From NCBI GenBank assembly GCA_964645795.1, contig CAZYCL010000002.1, positions 80,352-144,351 of the forward strand: 64,000 nucleotides of DNA, given 5' to 3'. Shown here piece after piece: positions 9,653-19,712 of the stretch (position 1 is the stretch's first letter; each line of letters begins with the position of its first letter). The notes beneath the pieces were generated by a model. It saw only the letters and a program-made list of their open reading frames with translations. It did no database searches and had not been told where the DNA came from. Position numbers and translations under genes: made by a program. This DNA is from an uncultured Planctomycetales bacterium (GTDB lineage: Bacteria > Omnitrophota > Gorgyraeia > Gygaellales > Profunditerraquicolaceae).

Positions 9653-11232
9653 TGCCTGATGGCTTTCACTCCCAGGACATTTTCGATCTTCCTGATCTTT
9701 TCCAAGAGCTCGTTGGATATCTGGCTGTCGACATTAAGCACGCTTATGGCCCTGCCGCCCGGCTTGTCGCGGCCGAAGGTCATCGCGGCAATATTGATAT
9801 GTTCCTTTGCCATAAGGGTGCCCATATTCCCGATAAGGCCGGGTTTATCCCAGTTCTGCAGGAAGATCATCTCGCCGACCGGCGCTACCTCAACGTAATA
9901 CTCGTCGATCTTGACTATGCGCGGTTGTTTATTCGAAGACAATGTGCCGCAGATCTTCTTGGTCTCTTTATCGGTCTTAACGGTCAGCTCAACGAGGTTA
10001 ACGAACTCCTGCTCCTTGCTGGACTTGGCTTCTTTGATGTTTATGCCGCGGCCCTTGGCCAGGGATACCGCGTTGATGAAATTCACCGTCTCTTTAAGTA
10101 TCGGCGAAAGCATCCCCTTTGCCAGCGACATGGTCAGGGGGCTTAAGTCGTGCTTGGTGATCTCACCGCTGTAGGATATGTCCAGCTCCAGAAACCTGCC
10201 TTCTACCAGCTGCGAAGAAAAGATCCCCAGCTTCTCGCACAATACGATATAAGGATCGAGTATCCTGCAGGTCTCGGCTTCCAGGCACGGATAGTTGGCG
10301 GCATTGCGTATACCCCTGCCCAAGAGCGCATCTCTTACGATCTCGGCCACCTCTATGGCGACGTTGACCTGCGCTTCTTCGGTGGAGGCCCCCAGATGGG
10401 GGGTCAGGATCACGTTATCTAGCTTGAGCAGCTCATGATTGGGGTCAACGGGCTCTTTTTCGAAGACATCGAGGGCAACCGCGGCGACTTTCCCCTCTTT
10501 TAGCGCGCCAACCAGCGCAACTTCATCGATGATGCCGCCCCGGGCGCAGTTGACCAGGCGCACCCCCTTCTTCATCTTGGCAAAAGCATCGGTAGAGATC
10601 ATATGCCTGGTCTCCTCGGTTAAAGGCGCATGCACCGTCAGATAATCTGCCTGGCTGAAGATATCGCTTAACTCCATGCTCTCGATGCCCAGGCTATCAG
10701 CTACCTCTTTTGACAAAAACGGATCGTAAGCAAGTATCTTCATGCCGAAAGACAACGCCCGCTTGGCCACCTCTGTGCCGATCCTGCCCAGGCCTATGAT
10801 ACCCAGGGTCTTGCCATAGAGCTCCACCCCCATGAACTTGGAACGTTTCCATTCGCCTTTTTTGGTGGAGGCGTTGGCCTGAGGGATATTGCGGGATAAA
10901 GACATGATCATGCTAAAAGTATGTTCGGCGGTAGAAATAGTATTTCCCGCCGGGGTATTCATGACGATTATGCCTTTTTGGGTGGCAGCATTAAGATCTA
11001 CGTTATCCAGCCCCACGCCGGCACGGCCGATGACTTTAAGGGACGAGGCTTCGATGATATCCTTGGTGACCTTGGTAGCGCTCCTCACGATAAGCGCCTG
11101 GTAGTCCTTGATCGCTTCCTTTAAGGCATCGGGTTTGAGGTCCGTCTTTACGTCGACTTGAAATTCTTTTACCTCTTTGAGGATCCTGATCCCTTCATCT
11201 GACAACTGGTCGCTGACTAATATCTTATACAT
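9646..11232 (-). CDS. serA: D-3-phosphoglycerate dehydrogenase with a C-terminal ACT domain
   Basis: 528 aa. It has a 2-hydroxyacid dehydrogenase fold with GIIGLGRIG. The total length fits long-form SerA with ASB and ACT domains. Confidence 0.92.
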   Translation of the reverse strand: MYKILVSDQLSDEGIRILKEVKEFQVDVKTDLKPDALKEAIKDYQALIVRSATKVTKDIIEASSLKVIGRAGVGLDNVDLNAATQKGIIVMNTPAGNTISTAEHTFSMIMSLSRNIPQANASTKKGEWKRSKFMGVELYGKTLGIIGLGRIGTEVAKRALSFGMKILAYDPFLSKEVADSLGIESMELSDIFSQADYLTVHAPLTEETRHMISTDAFAKMKKGVRLVNCARGGIIDEVALVGALKEGKVAAVALDVFEKEPVDPNHELLKLDNVILTPHLGASTEEAQVNVAIEVAEIVRDALLGRGIRNAANYPCLEAETCRILDPYIVLCEKLGIFSSQLVEGRFLELDISYSGEITKHDLSPLTMSLAKGMLSPILKETVNFINAVSLAKGRGINIKEAKSSKEQEFVNLVELTVKTDKETKKICGTLSSNKQPRIVKIDEYYVEVAPVGEMIFLQNWDKPGLIGNMGTLMAKEHINIAAMTFGRDKPGGRAISVLNVDSQISNELLEKIRKIENVLGVKAIRQC

Positions 11233-11277
11233 TTAAATCCTCCCGTTCGAATACAATTAGAAAGCAGGAGACGCCGC

Positions 11278-12420
11278 CTACTTCAAAAACACCTCTTCGG
11301 CCGCCTTGACTCCCTGCCCCATGATAAAGGCATAACCCATCCCAGCCAATACCTTTTCAAGGCAGGAGATACCGGCAATAATATCGAACTCCTCGATAAA
11401 TCCCATGTGCGCGATCCTGAAGACCTTGCCCTTTAGCTCGTCCTGTCCTCCGGCAATAGTCACGCCGTAGTTGTCGCGCATGGTCTTAACCAGCTTTTCA
11501 CCGTCAAGGCCTTGCGGGACATTCACTGCCGTCACAACGTCCGAGGCCGCAGTCGGCGCAAAAAGGCTCAAGCCTAACGCCTTCATCGCGGCGCGCGCAG
11601 CATCGGCCATCTTTCTATGGCGGCTGAAGATGTTCTCCAGCCCATCCTGCTTCATCATCTTCAACGCCTCGTTAAGCGCTATAATCAGGGTGATCGCAGG
11701 GGTAAAGGGCGTATCGGTCTTCTCCAGGGCTTTCTTGGACTTACGCAGATCAAAGTAGTAGCGCGGGGATTTCGAAGCCTCGACCAGCTTCAGGGCCTTG
11801 GCGCTTACCGATATAAAACCCAGTCCCGGAGGCAGCATAAGTCCTTTTTGCGAGCCGGAGACTACCACATCGCAGCTCCAGGCATCGGTCTTTAAGTCTA
11901 TGGCGCCCAACCCGCTTATGGCATCAACTACCAGGACCGCAGCAGTATCCTTTACGACCTTGCCCAACTCTTCGATGTTGTTGACTACGCCGGTGGAAGT
12001 CTCGCACAACGTAGCAAATACAGCTTTTATCTTAGGGTTAGCCTTCAATCTTTTGGCGACTTCCGCGGGATCCACGGCTTTTCCCCACTCCACATCGATT
12101 ATCTCGGGAGCAACCGCGTAGGCTTTGCACAACTCCGTCCATCTCTCCCCGAATTTCCCGCCCTGGATACATAATGCGGCATCTGCGGGAGAAAGAAGAT
12201 TGGCTACCGCAGCTTCCATGGCGCCGGTTCCCGAAGAAGCAAGCATGTATACATCGTTCTGGGTCTGGAAAATATATTTAAGGCCTTCGCTAACCTCCTT
12301 AATCACGGCTTGAAACTGCGGGGTGCGATGGTGGATGATCGGGCGCGCTGCAGCTTCTCTAACTTGCGGGGGAAGGGGTGTGGGCCCGGGTGTCAATAGG
12401 TAGTTCTTGCGCATTGCCAA
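11278..12420 (-). CDS. Class-V aminotransferase (serine-pyruvate/alanine-glyoxylate type). Because it is next to serA, it is probably the phosphoserine aminotransferase of this organism.
   Basis: 380 aa. It has LTPGPTPLP at the N-terminus and the PLP-lysine region SGSQKGLMLPPGLG. Confidence 0.8.
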   Translation of the reverse strand: MAMRKNYLLTPGPTPLPPQVREAAARPIIHHRTPQFQAVIKEVSEGLKYIFQTQNDVYMLASSGTGAMEAAVANLLSPADAALCIQGGKFGERWTELCKAYAVAPEIIDVEWGKAVDPAEVAKRLKANPKIKAVFATLCETSTGVVNNIEELGKVVKDTAAVLVVDAISGLGAIDLKTDAWSCDVVVSGSQKGLMLPPGLGFISVSAKALKLVEASKSPRYYFDLRKSKKALEKTDTPFTPAITLIIALNEALKMMKQDGLENIFSRHRKMADAARAAMKALGLSLFAPTAASDVVTAVNVPQGLDGEKLVKTMRDNYGVTIAGGQDELKGKVFRIAHMGFIEEFDIIAGISCLEKVLAGMGYAFIMGQGVKAAEEVFLK

Positions 12421-12468
12421 TCCTTTCTTTTAAAAGTTTACAGTTGTTGATTGTCGGGCGGTAAACGG

Positions 12469-13119
12469 TTATTTTTTCTTGTGCGGGACGATTACCTCGT
12501 CAATAAGTCCGTATTCCCTGGCTTCTTCTGCCGACATAAAATAATCCCTGTCCGTGTCTTTCTGGATGCGCTCCATGGGTTTGCCCGTATGATTAGCCAG
12601 TATCTCGTTTATCTTGTCGCGCATCTTCAATATCTCCTTTGCGTGGATGGAGATATCTGCCGCAACTCCCTGAATGCCTCCCCAGGGCTGATGGATCATG
12701 ATCCTGGAATTAGGCAGCACGAACCTCTTGCCTTTGGCCCCGGCCGCCAATAGCAGCGCCCCCATGCTTGCCGCCTGACCCACGCAATAAGTAGCCACGT
12801 CGCATTTTAAAAACTGCATGGTATCGTAGATCGCCAGCCCCGCGGTCACCGATCCCCCGGGCGAATTGACGTAAAGATTTATGTCTTTGGAGGCGTCTTC
12901 CATCTGCAAAAACAGCATCTGGGCGATCACCAGGTTTGCCACATAATCATCGATGGGCGTACCGATAAAAAGGATCCTGTCCTTGAGAAGGCGCGAATAG
13001 ATATCGTAGGCCCTCTCGTAGCCCCTGGAGGTCTGTTCGATGACCATGGGTACAAGGGTCTGCATCTTTGTGCTCATAACTTCCTCCGGATTTTGGTGTT
13101 TCAGCCTTCTATCTGCCAA
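12469..13119 (-). CDS. clpP: ATP-dependent Clp protease proteolytic subunit
   Basis: 216 aa. It has [19 protein letters not shown] and the catalytic Ser in GQAASMGA. Confidence 0.96.
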   Translation of the reverse strand: MADRRLKHQNPEEVMSTKMQTLVPMVIEQTSRGYERAYDIYSRLLKDRILFIGTPIDDYVANLVIAQMLFLQMEDASKDINLYVNSPGGSVTAGLAIYDTMQFLKCDVATYCVGQAASMGALLLAAGAKGKRFVLPNSRIMIHQPWGGIQGVAADISIHAKEILKMRDKINEILANHTGKPMERIQKDTDRDYFMSAEEAREYGLIDEVIVPHKKK

Positions 13120-13979
13120 TCAGCTTCCTTGAGCAAAAACTCCATTACTCGGGTGGACATCTGGTTATCGAAAGCTATTGCCTCTCTTTTGGCGATCTCC
13201 GCAAGAACCAGGTAGACTTTTACCTGTTTCTTGGCGGTTGCCTCGAACTCCGCGCGCAGGCCCTTATCATGCTCTTCTATCTGCTCGCGGGTCAGCCCCT
13301 TCAGGGCAAGGTCGAGCTTCGCCTGTTTTACCAGGTCTGCCAGCTGCCGGCTCACCAGCGACGAGGGAAGATTGAAATCGAGATCCTTGGTTATGGCCTC
13401 GGCTATCTGGTTTTCCATCTTCGCCCTTTCCTGCTCCTCTTTGCGCATTAAGATCTGCCTTTCTACGGACTTTTCCAGCTGTGCAAGTTCCGGATAGGCA
13501 AGACTGCGCGCGAATTTATCATCCACTACTTCGGCCTTGCGCGCCTCTTTAAGGGAATCGATGCTGCGTTTTACCTCATCGGCGCTGACACTCGCCTTCT
13601 TAAAGACGAGTTTTATCCCTTTGTAGTTTCTAACCTTTATCTCGGGGGCTACTTCCACGGTTGCAGTAAAGCTCAAGTTCTCTTTATCCAAACGCACATC
13701 GCTTATCTGCGGCAGCTCCAGGACATCCAGCTTTTCCTGATTGACCGCCTCTTCATAGACATGGGGCACCAGCTCTTTAAGGACCTGCTCGTGGATAAGG
13801 CTGGAGTACTGCTTTTCGATCATGTCCCGGGGGGCGTGCCCAGGCCTGAAGCCCGGGATCTTGGCTTCTTTGCTGACGCTTTTATACACGTCCTCGAATT
13901 TGTTCTTGACTATCTCTCCGCTTACTGCGACACTTATCTGGCGTTTTATCGCGTCGATCTTCTTGACTTCGGTCTTCAT
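13101..13979 (-). CDS. tig: Trigger factor in a short form. It has the N-terminal ribosome-binding domain and the C-terminal chaperone arm but lacks the central PPIase domain.
   Basis: 292 aa with the [10 protein letters not shown] signature loop, lying directly upstream of clpP in the conserved tig-clpP order. It is about 140 aa shorter than canonical 430-aa trigger factors. Confidence 0.8.
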   Translation of the reverse strand: MKTEVKKIDAIKRQISVAVSGEIVKNKFEDVYKSVSKEAKIPGFRPGHAPRDMIEKQYSSLIHEQVLKELVPHVYEEAVNQEKLDVLELPQISDVRLDKENLSFTATVEVAPEIKVRNYKGIKLVFKKASVSADEVKRSIDSLKEARKAEVVDDKFARSLAYPELAQLEKSVERQILMRKEEQERAKMENQIAEAITKDLDFNLPSSLVSRQLADLVKQAKLDLALKGLTREQIEEHDKGLRAEFEATAKKQVKVYLVLAEIAKREAIAFDNQMSTRVMEFLLKEADWQIEG

Positions 13980-14023
13980 TTTGATCCGGTTTCCTTTCGT
14001 AAGATTTGGCTGCTATGATGAAT

Positions 14024-14746
14024 TCACATCCTGAACTTCTCGCCCAGATATATCTGGCGCGCCTGGGGGTTGTTGATCAGGTCCTGGGCGCTTCCGGAGA
14101 TCAGTATCCTGCCTTCGGCGATAAGATAGGCCCTGTCGGTGATGGAAAGCGTCTCCCTTACATTATGGTCGGTAAGAAGTATCCCCAGCCCCTTGTTCCT
14201 GAGCTCGCGGATGATTTCCTGGGCCTCGCTGACTACTATCGGGTCGATTCCCGAAAAAGGCTCATCGAGAAGTATGAAAGAGGGGTTAGTCACCAGCGCC
14301 CGGGTGATCTCCAGCCTTCTCCTCTCTCCTCCCGAAAGCGTATAGGCCTTGTTCTTGGCCAGATGCGCGATGTTGAGCTCCTTCAACAGCTCTTTGAGGC
14401 GGCTATCCCTTTCGGCCCGGCCCATGGGCAGGGTCTCCAGGATCGCCATGATATTGTCCTCTACGGAAAGCTTCCTGAATACGGAGGCCTCCTGGGATAA
14501 GTAACCTATGCCGTAACGCGCGCGCTCATGTATAGGCATGCGGGTTATGACGGTATTATCAAATACTATCTTTCCTTCATCCGCCGCTATTATACCCACG
14601 ACCATATAGAAAGTGGTGGTCTTACCCGCGCCGTTGGGGCCGAGCAGCCCCACGATCTCGCCGCGCTTGACCAGGATATCCACGCCCTTTACGACCTGGC
14701 GGCCGTCGTAGGATTTGGTTAAACCCTTAATCTCGAGAAGATGCAT
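14024..14746 (-). CDS. lptB: LPS export ABC transporter ATP-binding protein
   Basis: 240 aa. It has Walker [10 protein letters not shown], the LSGGERRR signature and the characteristic LptB C-terminal tail. Confidence 0.9.
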   Translation of the reverse strand: MHLLEIKGLTKSYDGRQVVKGVDILVKRGEIVGLLGPNGAGKTTTFYMVVGIIAADEGKIVFDNTVITRMPIHERARYGIGYLSQEASVFRKLSVEDNIMAILETLPMGRAERDSRLKELLKELNIAHLAKNKAYTLSGGERRRLEITRALVTNPSFILLDEPFSGIDPIVVSEAQEIIRELRNKGLGILLTDHNVRETLSITDRAYLIAEGRILISGSAQDLINNPQARQIYLGEKFRM

Positions 14747-15637
14747 TTATTGTAGCTCCTCGGCAGAATAGATTATAAGCTCCGGGCGGCCGTTCAAAGT
14801 GATCTTTCTGTCTTTGACCGAATAAACCGCCTCATCGCTGGTAGAGATATTGTCGCCCTGGACCACCTTTACCCGGCCGCGGGCAACGACCTTGTCGATC
14901 TTGCTGCCGGCAAGCGCCTTTTCTTTCCCGGATGCGCCTTTTTCCTCAGGGCTTGCCGTAGATACGAAATAGACGTCCATCCTGTCGCTGTAGATGGTGG
15001 AATCAAGCCTTTCTACTTTAACATTATTATAAAAAGAAGCAATATTTTTTTCATAATCGATATCCATGGGCCCGTCGCAGGTGATCACTATCTTCTCTTT
15101 GCCCACGGGGCTCGGCTCCTTATCCAGCGGCAGGGGGTTGACCTGGACTTTTACGTCCTTTTCCAGGGCTACCTTTTTTAATCCCGGCTGGCCTTTGGCC
15201 CCAAGCGCATCGGCAACTATATTGTCGCGCCGGATATTCACGGGGCTGGCGGTACTGACCAACTCCTGCTTCCTGTCCCAATCAAGCGAGTCGGTAGTAA
15301 GCCTGGCACCCGCAGGGGTGGTGATGACGACATTCTGCTGAAGATGCACCTTGCCGTCATTCTTGTTAAAATCGCCCTTATCCGCCGAAAGCTCCACCTG
15401 CCCGTTATCCTGATAGAGGTTGCCTTTAATATCGTCGAGCTTGACGGAGTTAGCGAAGATATCGGCGGTCTTGCCGTAAAGATCCCAGCTCTTTTTGCCT
15501 TTTTCTCCGTAACCGGAAATGGAAAAATCCCCCATCTGCTGCTCTGATTCTACCGAAGGAGGCTGCTCTTTGGCGGATACGCCGGATACCAAAAAGAGAA
15601 TGAAGACGTAAAGAAAAACATGGCTCCTAAATATCAT
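14747..15637 (-). CDS. OstA-like periplasmic LPS transport protein (LptA, or a fused LptC/LptA)
   Basis: 296 aa. It has a signal peptide and a beta-jellyroll OstA-like repeat composition. It sits directly upstream of lptB and downstream of kdsC, which is the canonical kdsD-kdsC-lptC-lptA-lptB order. Confidence 0.7.
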   Translation of the reverse strand: MIFRSHVFLYVFILFLVSGVSAKEQPPSVESEQQMGDFSISGYGEKGKKSWDLYGKTADIFANSVKLDDIKGNLYQDNGQVELSADKGDFNKNDGKVHLQQNVVITTPAGARLTTDSLDWDRKQELVSTASPVNIRRDNIVADALGAKGQPGLKKVALEKDVKVQVNPLPLDKEPSPVGKEKIVITCDGPMDIDYEKNIASFYNNVKVERLDSTIYSDRMDVYFVSTASPEEKGASGKEKALAGSKIDKVVARGRVKVVQGDNISTSDEAVYSVKDRKITLNGRPELIIYSAEELQ

Positions 15638-16169
15638 ATCTTTTCTGTATAAGCGCCTGCCACTTACCCTGGGATTTAAGTATCAACTCCGCCACTTCCC
15701 GCACCGCGCCCCTGCCCCCGACCCTTACGGTGATATAACAGGCCGCCTGCTTTATTTCGGATGCGGCGTTAAAGACGGCTACGGGAAAACCGACCCTTTT
15801 CATCAGGCACAGATCGACCAGATCATCCCCCACAAAACATACCTCATCCGCTCCTACCTTATATTTCTTAAGTACCCGCCTCAAGGCCGAAGATTTAGGG
15901 CTGACGTCCTGAATAACCTCGGCTACCTGCATATCGCGCGCCCTGGGCCTTATGGCCCGGGAGCCCTTGGCGGTAATCAGCACGGTCGGGATATGCGCGC
16001 AGTTTAAAAGATGCACCCCCATGCCGTCGTGGACATCAAAAAACCTCAGGTCCCTGCCCGCGGAATCATAAATGATCCTTCCGTCGGTCAGTACGCCGTC
16101 GACATCCAGAAGAACAAGCTTTACCCTTTGCGCCCTCTCCCTTAACTCCTGTTTTATATCGGTGGTCAT
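15627..16169 (-). CDS. kdsC: KDO-8-phosphate phosphatase (HAD family)
   Basis: 180 aa with the LVLLDVDGVLTDGRIIY motif. Confidence 0.88.
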   Translation of the reverse strand: MTTDIKQELRERAQRVKLVLLDVDGVLTDGRIIYDSAGRDLRFFDVHDGMGVHLLNCAHIPTVLITAKGSRAIRPRARDMQVAEVIQDVSPKSSALRRVLKKYKVGADEVCFVGDDLVDLCLMKRVGFPVAVFNAASEIKQAACYITVRVGGRGAVREVAELILKSQGKWQALIQKRYDI

Positions 16170-16174
16170 AGCGA

Positions 16175-17152
16175 CTATACGAGGCCGGCCCGAAGAAGGT
16201 CCTGCACGTCCAAAAGACCAAGGGGCCTGTTATCCTTATCCACCACCGGCACTTCGTCGATCTTCTTTGAATGAAGGATATGCATCGCCTCGGCTGCCAG
16301 CATGGAGGCCCGGACAACGGTAGGGGATTTGGTCATCACTTCGCTTATCCTGCGGCTGGTCAGCCTCTGGTCGGTCTCAAGGTGCCGGCGCAGATCTCCG
16401 TCGGTAAAGATGCCGGCCAGGCGGCCGCGCCCATCGACGACGCTAGCACAACCCGCGCGCGCGCGGGTGATCTTCAAGAGCACCTGCGAGACCTTCAAAT
16501 CCTGCGAGACCACGGGGTGCGACTGGCCGCAGCGCATGATATCTTCGACTTTCAGTAAAAGCTTCCTGCCCAGCAGCCCGCCGGGATGAAAGAACGCAAA
16601 ATCCTTCTCTTTGAATCCTTTAAGCTCCAGAAGGCATACCGCCAGGGCGTCCGCCATCGCAAGGGTGGCGGTAGTAGAAGCGGTAGGCGCCAGACCCAGC
16701 GGGCAGGCTTCTGTCTTTACCGAAACATCCAGGACCACATCACTATACCTGGCTAGTATCGATTTGAGATTGCCGGTAAGGGCGATGATCCTGGCCCCGA
16801 TCTTCTTTAAAAGCGGCAAGAAATGCTTCATCTCTTCGCCCGAGCCGCTGTTAGAGATAACCACCACGGTATCTTCTCCGGTGACCCTGCCCAGATCACC
16901 GTGCACGGCCTCTGCCGTGTGCAGAAAAAGACTGGGAGTGCCGGTTGAAGCCAGTGTCGCGGAGAACTTCTGGGCGATGATGCCGGTCTTACCCATTCCG
17001 CTGACCACTACGCGGCCCTTGGTCTTGAGTAAAAGCTCCGTTGCCTTCTTAAATGAAGCTCCGATCCTTTTCTTCAGGGCCCTGACCGCTTCGGATTCGG
17101 TCTCCAAGACCTCCCTGCCGCGCCTGACTACGTTGATCATCTTTTTTTTCAT
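16175..17152 (-). CDS. kdsD: Arabinose-5-phosphate isomerase (SIS plus tandem CBS domains)
   Basis: 325 aa. It has the SIS-domain GMGKTG and a C-terminal CBS pair. Confidence 0.9.
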   Translation of the reverse strand: MKKKMINVVRRGREVLETESEAVRALKKRIGASFKKATELLLKTKGRVVVSGMGKTGIIAQKFSATLASTGTPSLFLHTAEAVHGDLGRVTGEDTVVVISNSGSGEEMKHFLPLLKKIGARIIALTGNLKSILARYSDVVLDVSVKTEACPLGLAPTASTTATLAMADALAVCLLELKGFKEKDFAFFHPGGLLGRKLLLKVEDIMRCGQSHPVVSQDLKVSQVLLKITRARAGCASVVDGRGRLAGIFTDGDLRRHLETDQRLTSRRISEVMTKSPTVVRASMLAAEAMHILHSKKIDEVPVVDKDNRPLGLLDVQDLLRAGLV

Positions 17153-17153
17153 A

Positions 17154-17966
17154 TTAAAGCGCCTTTTCTATGCTCTTTATCTGCTTTAAAAGCTTCTGGA
17201 GCGCCGCTATATCTATCATGTTCGGTCCGTCGCAGGGGGCCTTGTCCGGATAGGGATGCACCTCCAAAAACAACCCGTCGCAGCCAAAGGCTACCGCGGC
17301 CCTCGAGAGGCCGGCGACAAACTGCCTCTGCCCGCCGGAAGAGCTACCCTTGCCGCCGGGGACCTGCACGCTGTGCGTGGCATCAAAGACGACCGGATAC
17401 CCAAGCTCGCGCATTATCGCCAGGCTCCTTAAGTCCGTAACCAAATTGTTGTAACCGAAGGAAACTCCTCTTTCGGTAATAATGATCTGCTTGTTGCCCG
17501 TAGATTCGATCTTTTTGATGATCGGCCCCATGTCCCACGGAGCCAGGAACTGACCCTTCTTGATATTTATTACCTTGCCGGTCCTGGCAGCCTCTACCAC
17601 GATATCCGTCTGGCGGCAGAGGAATGCCGGTATCTGGATAACGTCAAGCACCGCGGATGCCTGCCTTAAGTCTTTTACGCAATGCACATCGCTTAAAACA
17701 GGGACATTCAGTTTTTCTTTGACCCTGCGCAGTATATCAAGGCCTGCTGCAAGCCCCGGCCCGCGGTAAGACTCCCCGGAAAGCCGGTTAGCCTTGTCAA
17801 AGCTGGATTTAAAAATGAAAGGGATCCGCAGCGAGCGCGCGATCGATTTTATCTTATCGCCTGTCTCCAGGCAGTGCTTCTCGCTTTCGATGACGCAGGG
17901 TCCGGCGATCAATACCAGAGGCATGCCTTCCCCTATTCTAATATTCTTGACCTTTACTATGCACAT
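17154..17966 (-). CDS. kdsA: 2-dehydro-3-deoxyphosphooctonate aldolase (KDO-8-P synthase)
   Basis: 270 aa with LIAGPCVIES and KSSFDKANR...FDATHSVQ. Confidence 0.95.
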   Translation of the reverse strand: MCIVKVKNIRIGEGMPLVLIAGPCVIESEKHCLETGDKIKSIARSLRIPFIFKSSFDKANRLSGESYRGPGLAAGLDILRRVKEKLNVPVLSDVHCVKDLRQASAVLDVIQIPAFLCRQTDIVVEAARTGKVINIKKGQFLAPWDMGPIIKKIESTGNKQIIITERGVSFGYNNLVTDLRSLAIMRELGYPVVFDATHSVQVPGGKGSSSGGQRQFVAGLSRAAVAFGCDGLFLEVHPYPDKAPCDGPNMIDIAALQKLLKQIKSIEKAL

Positions 17967-18688
17967 AATAATTGCCTTACCTTTTCCAGGTCCTCGGGCG
18001 TATCCACTCCGACGCTGTCGTATTTGCTTTCTACGACCTTGATGCGGTGGCCGGATTCCAGGACCCTAAGCTGCTCCAGCCTCTCGGCCTTCTCCAGCAC
18101 CGATGGAGGCATGTTCTTGTAAACAAAAAGGAAATCTTTGGTGTAACCGTAAATACCGATATGCTTAAAATATACGGGCTCCTTTATCCCGGAGTTAACC
18201 GGATAATGCGGGATGGCTGCCCGGGAAAAATACAGGGCGAAGGCGTTCCTGTCCGAAACAACCTTGACCACGTTGGGATCGTTTATATCCTGGTGGTTGT
18301 CTATCCTCTTTGCGGCGGTAGACATGGTAATATTTTTGTCGTCGATAAGCGCCTGGGCCACGCTGTTAATGGTAGTATGGTGTATCAACGGTTCGTCCGC
18401 CTGAATATTGATGACGATCCTGGCCTCCCTGAAGGTCACGGCCTCGATAATCCTGTCCGTGCCGCAGGAGTGGTCTTTGGAGGTCATTACGGCCTTGGCC
18501 CCGAACCTCCCCGCCGCATCCATGATCCTTTCGTCGTCGCAGGCGATGATCACCTCATCCAGTGCGCGGGCTGACTTTGCCTTCTCCCACACATGCTGGA
18601 TCATCGGCTTGCCCGAGATATCAGCCAGCACTTTTCCTTCGAACCTGGTCGATGAGTAACGCGCCGGAATTACCCCAAGGACATCCAT
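17957..18688 (-). CDS. kdsB: 3-deoxy-manno-octulosonate cytidylyltransferase (CMP-KDO synthetase)
   Basis: 243 aa. It has GVIPARYSSTRFEGK and IINIQADEP. Confidence 0.94.
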   Translation of the reverse strand: MDVLGVIPARYSSTRFEGKVLADISGKPMIQHVWEKAKSARALDEVIIACDDERIMDAAGRFGAKAVMTSKDHSCGTDRIIEAVTFREARIVINIQADEPLIHHTTINSVAQALIDDKNITMSTAAKRIDNHQDINDPNVVKVVSDRNAFALYFSRAAIPHYPVNSGIKEPVYFKHIGIYGYTKDFLFVYKNMPPSVLEKAERLEQLRVLESGHRIKVVESKYDSVGVDTPEDLEKVRQLLCA

Positions 18689-18689
18689 C

Positions 18690-19712
18690 TCAGCCCAGCC
18701 TCTCTACGAGTTCTTTACGGTCGGTTGTGGCCGTGCCGAGCTTTCCGACCACTATGCCGGCGGCGTAGTTAGCGATGTAAGCGGCTTCTTTCTTGCTGGC
18801 GCCACAAGCCAGCCCCAGGCTAAATACGCTGATCACCGTATCGCCGGCGCCCGAGACGTCAAAGACCTCCTGCGCAACCGTCGGTATGTGAGTGATGCGT
18901 CCGTCATTCTCAAAAAGCTGCATGCCATGCTCTCCCAGCGTCACCAGTATCGACTCCAGGTCCAGATACTCCAGCACGCCGCGCGCCGCGCGGTCTATAT
19001 CCGAGTCGCTGTCGAGGCGGTCGTTATGAACCCTGAACCTGTTTGTGGTATCCCTGATCCTCAGGTTCCTTATCGCGTTCTCAAGCTCTTTGCGGTTAGG
19101 CGTGATAGCGGTCACGCCGCGATAATACTGGAAGTTCTCCTCCTTGGGATCAACGGTGATTATCTTATCGTGCGAACGCGCCAGACCTATGACTTCTTCC
19201 AGTAATCTGATATTTATCACTCCCTTGCCGTAATCCTCGATTATCACGGCATCGAACTCATCGATATTGCCCCTGATAAAACCGGCGATCTTGCGATTCA
19301 GGCTCTCGGGCAACGGATGCGTATGCTCCCAATCGACCCTGACCACCTGCTGATGGCCGGCGATGATCCGGGTTTTGAGCGTCGTGTGCCTGCTCTTTTC
19401 CTTAAAGACGCCCCGGGTATCTATGCCCCTTTTCTTGAGCTCCGAAAAGAAGAAAGCCTGATTCCTGTCCTGCCCCGTGACACCCACCAGACATACGCCG
19501 GCACCCAAGGCGCGAAGATTATTGGCGACATTGGCCGCTCCTCCGGGAACATACGTCCTGTTGTTTGCCCAGAGCACCGGCACCGGAGCTTCGGCAGATA
19601 TCCTGTCAACCGTCCCCCAGATATATTCATCGAGGATGAGGTCCCCGATGACCAGGACCTTGGCCTTGTTGAACCTGCCGACAATGCCTTTTAGCTTCTT
19701 TATATCCTTCAT
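18690..19712 (-). CDS. D-glycero-beta-D-manno-heptose-7-phosphate kinase (HldE/RfaE domain-I type, PfkB family). No fused adenylyltransferase domain is present.
   Basis: 340 aa. It has VLVIGDLILDEY, the anion hole GGAANVA and the C-terminal DVSGAGDT. Confidence 0.85.
   Translation of the reverse strand: MKDIKKLKGIVGRFNKAKVLVIGDLILDEYIWGTVDRISAEAPVPVLWANNRTYVPGGAANVANNLRALGAGVCLVGVTGQDRNQAFFFSELKKRGIDTRGVFKEKSRHTTLKTRIIAGHQQVVRVDWEHTHPLPESLNRKIAGFIRGNIDEFDAVIIEDYGKGVINIRLLEEVIGLARSHDKIITVDPKEENFQYYRGVTAITPNRKELENAIRNLRIRDTTNRFRVHNDRLDSDSDIDRAARGVLEYLDLESILVTLGEHGMQLFENDGRITHIPTVAQEVFDVSGAGDTVISVFSLGLACGASKKEAAYIANYAAGIVVGKLGTATTDRKELVERLG

Noticed and set aside
9640-19205. Other plus-strand track ORFs antisense to serA, lptB and kdsB (9640-10146, 14006-14500, 17972-18574) and many shorter ones
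   Set aside because: Each lies entirely within a well-supported minus-strand housekeeping gene and has no start context or recognisable motif. The same reasoning applies to 32637-33065, 36723-37229, 39272-39754, 53688-54158 and 54223-54669.
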